Shown here piece after piece: positions 12,350 to 25,365 of a DNA stretch of 64,000 nt (within the stretch, counting starts at the first letter, position 1; every line of letters begins with the position of its first letter). Origin of the DNA: the human T2T-CHM13v2.0 reference genome, Homo sapiens; assembly GCF_009914755.1 (NCBI RefSeq), contig NC_060929.1. One strand, given 5' to 3'. The translations under genes were made by a program, and so were the position numbers. The notes below the pieces were generated by a model. That model ran no database searches and was not told the DNA's origin. It saw nothing but the letters and a program-made list of their open reading frames with translations.

Positions 12350-13100
12350 CCTCCCTAAGAAAAAGTCTGATTAAAGGAAATTTTTTCCAGATTAGCTGAA
12401 ATGTCCTTCTCATTTTATTTTTGCTACTCTGACACTTGTTTTTTAAATAATTTGTCTGGGCTTAGAATTCTAGAATACAAAACTATTTTCCTCCAGCCTG
12501 TTGCCAAGGGTTTGACTCCACTTTCCAGGGTTGCTATTGAGAAGTCTGATGCCTTTCCGATTCTGGGTTCTTTGTTTGTAACCTGTTCTTACTTTCTGGA
12601 TAATTTTAGAATTGTCTTTTTTGTCCCCTTATCTGAATTTTATCACATGTTTCAGTGAGGTCTTTCGTTAAAGTCATTTTTACTGGTTATTTATTAGACT
12701 CTTTCACTTTAGAGGTATATTTCCCTCAGTTCTGGGAGATATTCTATTTTTTAAAAAAATAATTGCTTCTCTTCAGTTTTTTCTTACTGTAACTGTTGCT
12801 GGTTGGAAATTGGACCTTTTATATCCTCTGATTTTTCTGTTTGTTTCATTTTCCATCCATTTCCATTTCTTCACATTTTTGTTCTATTTTCTGGGGGCTT
12901 TTTTGTTGTTCTTTAACTCCTACTATTCCATTGATTGTTTAAAAAATACTAGCTAGCATACTGAAAATTTTCAAGATATTTTTCCTGTTACAGCTGCTAT
13001 TTTATGGAATCTTGTTTTGTGGCTGAAATGTCTCTTAAATAGTTCTTTGAAGATAGTAACTATGGTTTTTGGAAGTTTTCTTCAGCTTTCTGTGTTCCTG
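12350..13100 (-). mobile_element. Degraded old L1 fragment
   Basis: T-rich, with gttgctattgagaagtctgatgcc and tagaattctag typical of antisense L1M ORF2. Confidence 0.55.
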
Positions 13101-14079
13101 AGTTGTGTTGTTTTCTCCAAGTTAGATTTGTCTCTATTTTAGACTCCTGCTTTCCTATTTCATAGTTTACCTACCATTTTGGATTGGCGTGGGATTGAAT
13201 CAAATAAGAGATGTATACAAAATATGTAGAACAATGCCTGGCATTTAGTAAGTACTCCATACATTATGTTGTTTTTGTAATTTTAAAGGTTTTCCACAGC
13301 CTGGCTGTTTACATTTATAGATCACCTTGAAATACCTTAAAAACAAACGTAAATGGTGAAGCTTTTGGTGTTAAAATGTAAAAGGTTAGTGTTCTAAGAA
13401 ACTTGAAATATTTCAGTTCAAGCATATGTGTACCTTCATCTATTTTTATCAGTATTGAGAAGTGGCCCAAGTATTATGTTGGAAATAACAGAGAAACTAC
13501 TAAAGTTTGTAAACTACTAAAGTTTGATATGTATCATGATAAATTAGAGAAAATTCTAGTTTTTCTCATAATAACAGTTCTGTCCCTCACTTCATTCTGA
13601 CATACTTTTTCATGGAGTAAAGAGCTTGAAGTTACCGCGTTAGCCTAGGAATTGCTAATAATTTACAGCCTGTTTCATCTGTGACACAGCCTATAATTTG
13701 GGTAAATCTATGGGAGTGAATGTCATTCTGAGTGTCATGGTGGGAAAAAGTCGAGGGCTGACTGCTATCTAGTTCAAGTGCCCAAGTTTACAAATAAGGA
13801 AATGGAAGTTCCAGGTAAAGTTATTACCCAAGGTCAAATAATGCTAGTGGCCAACCAGGAGAAGCCCTGCAATGTAATCCTATCTTGACTACATTTTCAG
13901 TTTGTTTTTGCTAAGAAGACAAGGATTAGGCTAAATTTAATTTTAATATCCTTTCTAAACATAAGAATTCCAAATTAGTGATTTCTCATGACTCTAATTA
14001 TATTAGAATTTTCAAATTAAGTATTCACTAATTCATTTATTCATTTGACAATATATGTTGAAACCTACTACTATTATGA

Positions 14080-14445
<366 letters not shown>

Positions 14446-14939
14446 TATTTCCTATTTCTTACATATTACTTTTTAAGCTTTAAATGAACTCAAATTTAAA
14501 AGACTGGAGAATAGAAATCCAAATTCCAAGAAAACGTTAACTCATTTCAAAGGACAGATACACTGAAGCTATAAAATGAAATATTTCCTGAATTCTGTTT
14601 TACATAGGAGATGTTATTAGATTTTCTAGGCAAGAGCAAAGCCCATACCTGAATCTATCTTCTTTTTAATGGGTAGCTATAAGCTCAAATGAACCTTATC
14701 CATTTTATAGCGTAGGTTCACACAATTTGTGTATCTTTCTAAATAGATATAAATCCATACATGCCCTAGCCAATGACTTGTCATACAGTTGCATTAAAAT
14801 TGATCTAAACATAGTTGGCATCCAGAAGAGGCTTCTAATTTATTGCCCCAGTGTTCCATTTATATCAGATATATAGAAGCTAGACTGTTGGAATAACAGA
14901 ACCCTTTATAATATTGTAGTCCAAATATATGGAAGCCTA

Positions 14940-15830
14940 TAGACTTTTAAAATGTTATAGAACTTTTCAAACCTATTCAAAAGTAGAGAGAATTGTTTAG
15001 TGAACCCCATCTGCCCACAGCCAGTCTTAATTCAGTGCCTTTTCTCTCTTCTCTTGCATTGGGCTCTCTTAAAGCAAATCCGGGACATCCTATCATTTCA
15101 TCCAGAAATACTTCAATACCTTTGTCTAAAAGATAAGGACTCTTTTTTTTCTGTAACATAACCACAATATGATCATCACATCTAAAAAAAAATTAACAGT
15201 TGTTACTTAAAATCATGCTGTCAGTATTTGAATTTCTCTGGATTGTCTCATAAATGTTTTTTTTTTTTTCCCCCTCAGTTTGTTTGAATTGGAATCCAAA
15301 TAATTTCATATATTGCATTTGGTTGGTGTGTCTCTTAAGTCTCTTTTAATCTAAAGTTCTGTTGCCGCCTTTAAAAAATTTTACAATTGTTAAAAAGTCT
15401 GGGTTGTGTTTTTTGTTTGTTTTTATTTTATTAAATGCCTCTTGAGTCATAAGAACTGTGTTGTTTATCTGTGGAAAAGACAGGTTCAATTATTTTCTGA
15501 AATATTCCCCACATTCTGGATTTTCCTGATTGCATTCCCATCGCGTCATTTGAAATATTCTTCTGCCCCTATATTTCCTGTAAATTGGTAACTGGGAATA
15601 CAGATTTGATTAGATGCAGGCTTTATTTTTTGACATGAAAATAATATACATAGATGGTGTTGTAAATTGCATCTCATCACGTGGCACACAATGTCTGTTT
15701 CTCTTTTTGTGTTATTAAAATTGATCCTTGGGTCCAGATGTTGTCAGCTTGATCTGTTGTAAAGTTTCACATCAGCTTTTTTCCTAATGATTTTAATAGC
15801 CATTGATAATTATTGCCTGGGTGTAATATA
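14940..15830 (-). mobile_element. Old L1 (L1MC/ME-type) 3' region
   Basis: aaaagtagagagaattgtttagtgaacccc...aaagataaggactc...attgcatttggttg. Confidence 0.65.
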
Positions 15831-18054
15831 GATGTTACATGCAGAATTTAGAAGCTTCTGAATTTGGAAAAGCTCACCTATTTCCACCTTCTCACTCCTG
15901 ATTTGTTCTGGCATCTTGACCATTTATTGTCTCTTTCTTAATCTTTAATAGACTTCTAATTCTTGAATGAACTATTCTCCAGCTATGTTACATGGAACAC
16001 AACGCTGTCGGGTACACTGTGAGAAAAGGCTCCCTGAGTTTGGGGGATGCTGCATACTGGTTTTTGCTCTGAGAGATTTATAATACACATGAGCCTATTA
16101 AAGTTCTGAGGGATCTGTTGATTAACAAACTTGATTTACCCGGAATTTCATCAGTTTATTTGACCACTACATTCTTTTATCGTCAATATCTATTGGCATC
16201 CTGTTTAGAGAAACATACTTTGAAATGCATCTCAAGGAAGAGGGAAATGTAGAATTGTTTGCCCCATACTCCCACGGGGCTTGTGATGTGAAGGCCATGG
16301 CTCCCTAACAGTGGCCTTCTTCTTGAGGGAAGGAAGAGCATGAGAGTGAATCAAAGTTCAGACAGCAGAGAGGACTGATGTACTGTATCATATCTCCTGT
16401 TAATATAATCTCATCTTCATTGTATGGATTGTTTTCATTTCTGTTTCTTCTCAGCATTGCTTATATAGCCCATATTGACTATTCCAAATATGTTAAGTAC
16501 TGATTAAAGTTCAACTCCCACAATCACAACTTAAAAAATTGTAACACAATTTGCTCTTACTTCACAAATTTATACATGTGTTATACATGCCACATACATA
16601 CACAAACACATGCCCACCCCACAGCACACTTCAGTTGTTTTATTTCAGGTGCAGTATTGGCATATGAAGAATAGAAAAGGGAATTATAATACTAATTTAG
16701 AGTGTTTGCTTCAGATATAAACTCCAGACTGGTTGTCATGCCAGGGGCTCACATCCTATTTGTGGCTCACTATGGAAAAAAATTGAGTTGCACAAAATTA
16801 TTAGGGACACAGACCAATTTTTATTTGCTCTGAAGATACCTCAAGCTCTGTATGATAAATGTTTTCCATTAGAAGAAAAAATGTTGTGCATTAATGCTCC
16901 TGAGAAACCATAGGGATTGCCAGTAATGCCATCAGGAAATGATTTTTTAAATGTTTCAGAGGGTAAATATGAATCAACCACTAAACAGGGAATATAACTT
17001 ATATTACAGAGTTGGAACAGTAATGATAAAGACCCCCGCCTTTTTTTAAGTAGAGTTATTCTAGGAAAGTGTGAATTTTTGATTTAGGAACATGCACAAG
17101 GGATATAGTAATAAGAAGTACAAGTCAGACACATGATTAAAATAAACAAGAATAGAGCCAAGGCTCAGAAGATACGAAGTTCTGTTTTGTGACCTTTGAT
17201 GGGGAGGATGGAATGGGATAAGACAGGGAGAGAACTGAACAGCGCGTCATCAGTGCTCTCAATGGCAGACTAAACATGCTTTGTGCAGCCCTGGGCTTCT
17301 GGGTGCCTGGCCATGGGGTGCACTGGTGAGCTAAATTCAGACCTTGACAGTGGATGTTTATGAGGAAAGAGATACTGGTGCATTTAGATTTAAATAAAAC
17401 TTTCATTTAACAATGATCACGATCATGATGCTTTTCTATTCAGCAGGAAATTCAGAAAAAGGCAAAGCCTACATTAATTACTTTTAAACTGTAAGACAAC
17501 GCTTTTCTACTTGTCACAGACCTATTCTTTATGACAAGTTACTCTTAAGTTTGCTGTTCGTAGGAGGGCAGATCAACTGCGGAGTTTGATTATGGACAAT
17601 GTCTTCTGCTCATTAGTTAACTTTGCAAATACTATCTTTTGAGGATTGTGTGTGGGCTCACTTCAAATATATGTTCTTAGGAAGACTGAAGATATAGTGC
17701 TGGGACAAGTGTGGCAATTACCTTAAAAACATGATTTTGAAATGCTGCATACTGCATTTCAACGCTTCATACCTGCGTCAGATAATGAACTTGGTTGTGT
17801 TTCTCAAGTATAAAGCAATTGAAAAATGCATTTTTTGTACCTCAGGAATATTATTTGGTGAATCACTGAGCCCAAATACAACTGTAAAATTTCACACATA
17901 ACATGAGAAGTGTAAGAGGCCTTAATGATGATTTCAGTTCAATCCTTCATGAGCTGAAGCCCAGAGAGGGGCAATGACTTGCCTGAGATTACATTTTACC
18001 TTGTGATGTAAAAGATTTTATTCACATCACAGTTTAGGAGGCACTTCGTTCATT

Positions 18055-18203
18055 TTATTATTTTTACTTTTATTTTTATTTTTTGTAGAGACAGGGTCTC
18101 ACTATGTTGCCCAGGCTGGTCTCAAACTCCTGGCCTGAAGTGATCCTCCTGCCTTGGCTCCGCAAAGTGCTGAGATTACAGGCGTGAACTACCATGCCCA
18201 GCC
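18055..18203 (-). mobile_element. FLAM_C-type Alu monomer with TSD
   Basis: gtagagacagggtctcactatgttgcccaggctggtctcaaactcc...; flanks acttcgttcatttta / actttgttcatttta. Confidence 0.85.
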
Positions 18204-19495
18204 ACTTTGTTCATTTTAAATATGACACATAGTTGCATTTTATGCACTGAGATGATAGTCTGGTCTTGAAAATAGCCAACTAGTCAGTTGGCTCAAAAGA
18301 ATGATGATAATGGTGAGCCAATGGAGGGAAGGCTGATTTCTCTTCACTGTTAGAAATGTCAGTATTGGGTAAACAGAGAAAAGTGTGAAAAATGATAAAT
18401 GCAAGTTCCAACCAGCAGGTTGCACCTAAGGGCTAAATATTGGGAGATTTAGGAAACTTTCTCTGGATATCAGTGCTGTCTGCAGGTGTGTCTCTTGACA
18501 GTCTATTTCCTGTCCCACATGCCCACAAAGAAAAGGAATGGTGCCAGCCAAAATGTGGATACCTGTAATTTTTTGAAACCATGTTAGGAGACTAACTTAG
18601 ACCCCCCACGGTGGTCCTCATAATGTGAGTATCGAAGTTTCCTGCAGAGGCTGAAATTTTAGTTTGTGAACAAAAGCTCAGTAATGTAGCAGAAAAAACT
18701 CTCAATCAAGATCCCACTTTTCTACTTGGTTTAGTCAGGCTTTGGGGCTTTTATGTGTTTTAGCTTATTTGCTCTAAAGGTTAATAATGCTCGCTCTGTT
18801 TAGTTTCCAGAGATAATGTTAGGGATCAAATTATTTCTTTTATGTCAAGAGGCAAAATTGTGTTGAGATACTTGGCTGAAATGTTTTTTTGTAGTTTGAG
18901 TTTTGTTTCATTATAATAATATTCGTTTTTAGTTGACCAAATTATGATTGTATTGCTATTTCCTTGCTTATTAGAAATATGTTATTACATTTTTATGTCC
19001 ATCGATTTACAGGCAATTCGATCACAAATGAAACTGGGTGATTACTTTTATATAGCAAGAATTCTGCTTTCTGAGTCAGTGAGGTTTAATATTAACAAAT
19101 GTTTTTTCAGTTTAGGGTTCTATATGATGATCATATTCTCTAGGGTAAAAAGTGTGGAAAAAGGTGGCTGGCCTTGAGAAATATACAATTGCTGTGCTGG
19201 TTCTTTCAGAGTTGAAATGGAGTAACAAAATCAGAAATCACCAAACGGTTTCTAATTTCAAAGACAGACTGTCTGACCTTGCCTACATAGTTCAGGTAGA
19301 AACCAAGAAGGAACATGGAGAAGGAAATTGAGTTCCCGTCCAGGTGACATACAACCACAACCACCTCCAGTAATACATCTGGAATTACAACATGGGCTGT
19401 TCACCTTAGGGCACAACAAGCTCTCACCTAGGAATGTGTTTCTCCTGTATTTTTATTCTTATTTGAAAAAGTTCTGATTAAACTTCTACACTACA

Positions 19496-19496
<1 letters not shown>

Positions 19497-19542
<46 letters not shown>
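19497..19542. repeat. (CA)n microsatellite
   Basis: About 23 perfect CA units. Confidence 0.95.
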
Positions 19543-19543
<1 letters not shown>

Positions 19544-20469
19544 CTCCCCATCCCCATCCCCGTTCATTCTTGGTTCTGTATCTTCTTGAAGTAGAGCATA
19601 CAATGTAACTTAAAAAAGAGTTATTTCTGATATATATTCAATTTGGCTGTTTTGAACAAGTCTTCTCTTGAAGCCATTAAGGGGATTTTCCATGTACCTC
19701 AAAATATCACTATTTTGAATTTTTTGCTCCATGTTTCACACCCCAGATGAAGAAAACCTACATAGATTAAGGGCTTCCAGTGTGTCCGGCATTGTCAGAT
19801 GTGTCAGCAATGACCTCCCAGCTGCCTCATTCACTGGATGATTTTTCATCCTCAATGTAGTAATTTTTGTGCTCTGGCTGGCCCTTCTGTTGGTAAGGAG
19901 GCAGGACTGTTGTGGCTTTGGTGACCTGTTCAGTCTGCCAGTGTCTGCTCGATGGAAATTTGGGGGCATTTTTTTGAAGTTGTATAAAATTAAACATCAG
20001 CAATTTAGCTGTGCATATTTGTATTTAGAGGTGAAATAGCTTCAGTCTATGGCTGGGAAAAGGAATTGGAAGTGTGACTGCGTGTTGTGACCACAGGCAT
20101 GCTTTGTCTCCCAGTGTGGTAAAATAGGATTCAGAGCATTCCAGGTTGATTTGTAATGTTGCCCTGACAAGGAAATCATTGCCTGGGAATATTTTTGTTC
20201 GCCCGATTAAGGGAGGTTCCTAGTTCTATAACAATTGCTGTGTCAGTTTTGAGAAGCTTAACATTAATATGTCTTTTTTTTTTTTTTTTGCCTTTGCTTT
20301 CTTCTTTTTTTTGGCAAGTGACTCTTCAAAATGTAGTATGTAAGGGAGGGAAAGTATTAAACATTGAGGATCTCTTAATTCAGAAAAGATGGCCAAGCCA
20401 TTTTCAGCACAAAGAGAAATGAGAAGCACGAGAGTCTTGATCATTAGAGCAAGGAGTCATCACGTGGCT

Positions 20470-20645
20470 GCCATCCTCTGAGCGTAGATCCAGATCACTT
20501 CCTAGCTGCATGATGTGGGTCAGAATTTCACTAGCCTGAGCCTCGGTTTCCCAGCCTGTAAATTGTGGGTTTTAGCATTTTGAGACTTAGAGAGAGATGA
20601 CGAATGTAAAAGACCTGGGACAACTCCTGTGCTCTGTAAATGGTG
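20470..20645 (+). mobile_element. MIR
   Basis: ctgagcctcggtttcccagcctgtaaattg core. Confidence 0.6.
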
Positions 20646-21210
20646 GCAGTTAGAGGCACCTTCTGCAGGTATGCTTTCAGTTGTTAGTGAGTTCCTGGAA
20701 TTTGAGGTACAGCATTTAGGATCAGGGGCAGTAGAATCAAGCTTTGTGCCTATTGGCATCTAAAGGGTCAGGGATGGGCTAAGCCTTTGAGCAGAGCTGT
20801 GGTTGCAGCCTCACCCCCATGCCTCCCTACCTCTCTTCCTCCCCTCCCCTGCCTTGAGGGTCCTCCTTTGCTTCAGAGGCACAGTCCAGCCTTGGTGCAG
20901 CTCCTCCAGGGACCTTCATCGGCTCCTGTGGCCCTGGCTGCTCCTCCTCCATTGACCCACCTCCTACTGGAAGATGGGATGAAATGAGGTGTGGCAAGGC
21001 CACCATGTCCCCAAAGATGGAGCCTTCTGGGAAGAGTTTTCCTTTCATTCCTGCCAAGCCTTGCTTACTGCCTTCTCTAGCAACCAAAGATCCTTGTCAG
21101 GAGGGCAAAGGCCACAAGCATTTGTGTCATTGGAATGTCTGCACGTGTGTATATCCATCTAAATAATAGAGGCTTTGAAGAAAATGTGGCGAGGGTTACA
21201 ATGGCCTCTT

Positions 21211-21276
21211 TTTTTTCTTTATGTTCTTTAAATTTTTTTTTAATTTTAATTTTTATAAGTTTGTAGTAGGTGTATG
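21211..21276 (-). mobile_element. Minimal L1 3'-end insertion with 9-bp TSD
   Basis: T-rich tail plus ttttaattttt...tagtaggtgtat (L1PB/L1MA extreme 3' end), flanked by tggcctctt at 21202-21210 and 21277-21285. Confidence 0.6.
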
Positions 21277-21564
21277 TGGCCTCTTCTTAATGACTGAAAA
21301 ATAAGCAGGTGGGCCTCAGAGCTATTTGCCCTCCTTTCCCACCTGGACTTCCATTCCTACTCAGGTTTTTGTTCTAACACAAGCTGGTTATTTGTAATTT
21401 TGCCATATGGCTGAGCCTGAGGGTGAGTGGTCAGTGGAACAAGTGCAGGGAAAATGGTTTGCAGCAAGTGTCTTTCTTCAAATCAAGCCTCCCTTTTGTC
21501 TCTCCTTGAAAATATAATATTAGAGGATTTTATCAGAAAAAGGGAGAATACACAGTGTCCTGCT

Positions 21565-21577
21565 GTTGCTAGGTAAC
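21565..21577. promoter_or_regulatory. Candidate RFX X-box
   Basis: GTTGCTAGGTAAC matches the palindromic RFX motif; motif match only. Confidence 0.45.
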
Positions 21578-22185
21578 CAGAAAACATCAAACCCAGTCAG
21601 AGCTGAAACTGGCTTGATTTTCCCTAGGAACCTGGCTGCTCTTGCTGAGTACTTTGTGTAGTATTAACAGATCTGTGATTAACAGCATAATGGTGAGGCT
21701 GGAGGGTCTCCTTCATTCTTTCACTTTTTACCTCCACCCCTTGACCACATCGGTAAAGTGCCAAATATGTTATTTGAGCCTTGAAGTCAATTCTTGACTG
21801 ACAGATATTCTGAGGGAAGGTGCTCTGCAGATGCAAATATAGTTGATTTACACATAGCTGGAGTATATACTGTATTTCCATGACTTTCACCCATTTTAAA
21901 AAATAAATGGGCATCCCTTTTTCAGCAATAGCAGCGGTTTAAGATCCCATGAACAGTAACCCATATTTAGTCACAGGAGACATTTGTGCACACAATCGAA
22001 CATATCTTAATGATATTGATGAATGATTTTGACACCTATTATGTTCCTTTCTCATTGGGCTTGGCCATTCTGTGGCTGACTATATGGGCACTGCATTTCC
22101 TAATCTTAGAGAGCTCTAACGCCAAGACATCTGCCTTGTACATCTCAGGTGGCCTCCTGTAACCTGTGCTGTCTGTTTCTTGCAG

Positions 22186-22355
22186 ATTTGGACACCTCCC
22201 ACACTGAGTCCCCAACCCCCCATGACTCAAATTCACACCGCCCTCAACTGCAGGCGTTTATAACAGAAGCAAAGCTAAATCTACCGACAAGGACAATGAC
22301 CAGACAAGATGGGGAAACTGGAGATGGAGCCAAAGAAAATATTGTTTACCTCTAA
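22186..22355 (+). CDS. ARHGEF28: Terminal coding exon of Rho guanine nucleotide exchange factor 28 (RGNEF/p190RhoGEF): DLDTSHTESPTPHDSNSHRPQLQAFITEAKLNLPTRTMTRQDGETGDGAKENIVYL*
   Basis: Strong acceptor ctgtctgtttcttgcag|A at 22185/22186, phase-1 open frame to TAA at 22353-22355. The C-terminal KENIVYL was recognised from memory as the RGNEF end. Followed by a repeat-free UTR and a polyA signal. Confidence 0.85.
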
Positions 22356-23335
22356 TTGTGTTGTCATTTTTCCAAACAAAACAAAACACTGGCACTTTTG
22401 GGAGAAACTTTTTGTCTCCATTCCTTATGTATGTGTGATTGTCTGTGTCCAAATTGCTTTAAGAATAATATTTAATATTTCCTGGAAGCTCATTTTTTTG
22501 GCATGAGTCTAATTAAATTATTGAAAGCCACCCTGTTTGTATAATCTTTAACTTATCAAATCTAATTTCAGATTTCTGGAGGAGAAACTAACTTGAATAA
22601 GCAGGACTATTTTAAAAGTTGTTTTGACGCTAGAGTAAAATTCCATGTCACATTTTCTACCCAATCATCTGGATTTCAAGATTCCTTTTAAGATCTCAAT
22701 GAAGCAATTTGGATTTAAAGAGTGGTATTCACAAGGGGTGAACTTTCACAGTCAGGGCAGTTGCCTCAGTGCCCACATAGGCAGAGGAGGATGTGGGAAA
22801 GGGCTTTTCTCAGCTAGTTTTTGTGTGCTCATTTCTTCTGGGAGCATTAAAAGTGGTGATCTGTTACAGTCACTATTCAACTGGGCACGTGTTGTGATTG
22901 GTCAGTCACTGAGCCAGGGATACAGTCCGGACTTGCTTAGTACCTAAGCCTAATGCTGGTGGGGTTTCAAGACATGGTTCAGCATCATCTTTTAACAAGG
23001 CCCAGAGGCCCAGAGCCCGCATCAAGTCATTTTGATGTAAATAGTGAACTTTGTTAGAGCCCTCACTTCTATCAATCAGCTGTCCTGTCCCTGCCAGCAC
23101 CTGGAGCACCAACTACCACTCCCTGGAAAGAACCCTTCCCTGCAGTTTTTTAAGGACAAAACTGCCCACTCCTCATTAAGTTTGCTGCCTGGATACACTT
23201 TTCCACAAAGGAAAACTGGCATATCCTGCCTTCCGAGTAGTATGGGTCTCTGTGTGAGAAACCAGGAGATATTTTCATCTTGTTCGGAAATACTTGTATG
23301 TATTTTGGTGTCAATAAATATCTTGTACCTCATTA
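22356..23335 (+). other. ARHGEF28: 3'UTR of ARHGEF28 (end approximate)
   Basis: Repeat-free AU-rich sequence between the stop codon and the AATAAA/cleavage region. Confidence 0.75.
23313..23318 (+). terminator. ARHGEF28: Canonical polyadenylation signal AATAAA
   Basis: AATAAA with two upstream TGTA motifs (ttgtatgtatttt, ~23294-23306), a CA ~13 nt downstream and a U-rich downstream element (ttattttactttgtaatttt). Confidence 0.75.
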
Positions 23336-24220
23336 TTTTACTTTGTAATTTTAACATTATGTGTAGGACCATAGTAAAACATTCATTTCACACAGACATC
23401 TAATCTCACCTCGTGAAAAGTGAAAATAAAGGAAAACTATTAGATTCATCCAAAAATGCAACACCTACTGGGAGTGAGATGTGATAGGAACAGAAAAAAA
23501 AAAAAAAAAATCACCCGGATCTCAATAGTTTTTTCTCCCTACTTAAAGTTGTTAAGTTGGATATCTACATTGTGTTTTTACTTAGGCAAGTCCAATCCTA
23601 ATTTTTTTAAAAGCCCCTTTTGGGGGCAGTCTTTTTCTGACTTTAGCTGGCTATTTTTGTCACAATTACATTAAAAATTCGGTGACTGATCTTTTCACAG
23701 AATGGATATAACTTATTAAACTTCTATTCAATCACTTCACCTCTAAGCTGAACTCTTCAATTACAACATGTATCTCCCATTCCTAAAGACATCTAGAAAT
23801 ATCTGTCTTTCCTCTTTCTTCAATAAAGTCTAGTCCAGGATCCTATATCTCTTGAATGAAAAGCATGCAGATATTTCAGTCTAAATCCTTTCTCCAATAA
23901 CTATAAATATCTTTCCTTTCTTCATGAAATTATATATAGAAATAGTGAAAATATGTTAAGATGTTCAAAATCCTCATGGGGTTCTTTCTTTCTTTAAAAA
24001 TGTGTGAGCTCTGGATTTTCAAGACCTGCAAAACAGGTCTGCATGCAGTTCCTCTGGGAAAGCCAGAGCATTTTTTAAGTACCTATATTCATAGGTTCCT
24101 CTGGGCAATTCTCTTATTTAATATGATGACTTTTCAATGGCATATAACTACATTTCAAAGCTTTCTTGATGATAAGTTCTTCCTTTTCACCATGTCCCCA
24201 CTATGTAATGAGCTCAGATC

Positions 24221-24593
24221 CTGCTATGGTCTGAATGTCTTAATGTTTATATCCCCCCCAGGTTTGTATGTTGAAAACCTAATCACCAATGCATTGATTA
24301 TTAGGTGGGCCTTTAGGGGGTGAGTAGAGCATAAGGATGGGGCCCTCATGAATGGGATTAGTGCCCTTATAAAAGCGGCACTAGAGAGCTCTCTTGCCCC
24401 TTTGCCATGTGGAGGATGCAGCAAGAGGACACCTTCTATGAACCAGGAAGTTGGCCCTCACCAGACATGGAATCTGCTGGTGCCTTGACCTTGGACTTCC
24501 TGGCCTCCAAACTGTGAGAAATAATAAGTTTCTATTGTGTGTAATACACCAAGTTTATGGTCTTTTGTTATAGTAGCCCAAACAGACTAAGGT
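24221..24593 (+). mobile_element. MaLR solo LTR (MLT1A-type)
   Basis: tgctatggtctgaatgt...gggattagtgcccttataaaag...ttgttatagtagcccaaacagactaag. Confidence 0.85.
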
Positions 24594-25124
24594 CTCAAGA
24601 CAGAGTCACAGAGTGACTCTAGCACAAATTTACTAATCTTAAGAGATGACCACCCTATTTTTCAGGATCATAAATGGGTTTCCCCAAAAGGACCTACTTT
24701 TCTCACCAAGTTAAGAGCTTAAAGGAAACACTCATTCCTTTAGAGATCTGTCCTAGAAAGAAAAGCAATATTTTTGCTCTGTCCCTTCCAGGCTGCATGA
24801 ATTTATTCATCATTTCATTTAGAGTCCAAGCTACTCTGCATTTCATCAGGACTACATAATTCCTGGAATCGTGCAACACTTCCCAGCCCACTCACAGTTG
24901 AAGCCCTATTCATTAAGAAAAGGGTAACAGCCCTTGGCACAGAGGACTTGCTGTGTGTGTGAGTTATGTAAGGTGAAGAATGTGAGCATAATTACATCAT
25001 GGGGTGACAAAGAAGTGGAGAGGAATATGTATTTCTTCCTGTGACCTAGGAATACATGAGCTACTTTCAAACTGAGAACCAACCTGAGATTGTTAATGTC
25101 CAACCTCTGTATCTCTCTCATTGA

Positions 25125-25365
25125 GAGGCAGCAGAGCATAGAAATTGAAAGTATGGATTCTGGATCCACATCTGCCACTAACTCGTTGTGTGTCCTTGGC
25201 ATGTTACTTCACCTCGCTCTGTTTCCATTTCCTTATTTATAAAACAGGGATGACTACCTTATGGAATCGTTGCAAGAATTAAATTATTAATATATGCAAT
25301 ATGCTTAGAATAGAGCTTGGGGTATACTAATCACTTAATATATGCTAGCCATTATTATCATATTA
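25125..25365 (+). mobile_element. MIR
   Basis: gtccttggcatgttacttcacctcgctctgtttccatttccttatttataaaacaggg. Confidence 0.75.

Noticed and set aside
22149-22185. N-terminal part (MASCNLCCLFLA) of the 68-aa ORF
   Set aside because: It is the intronic polypyrimidine tract and acceptor read through in frame; the exon starts at 22186.
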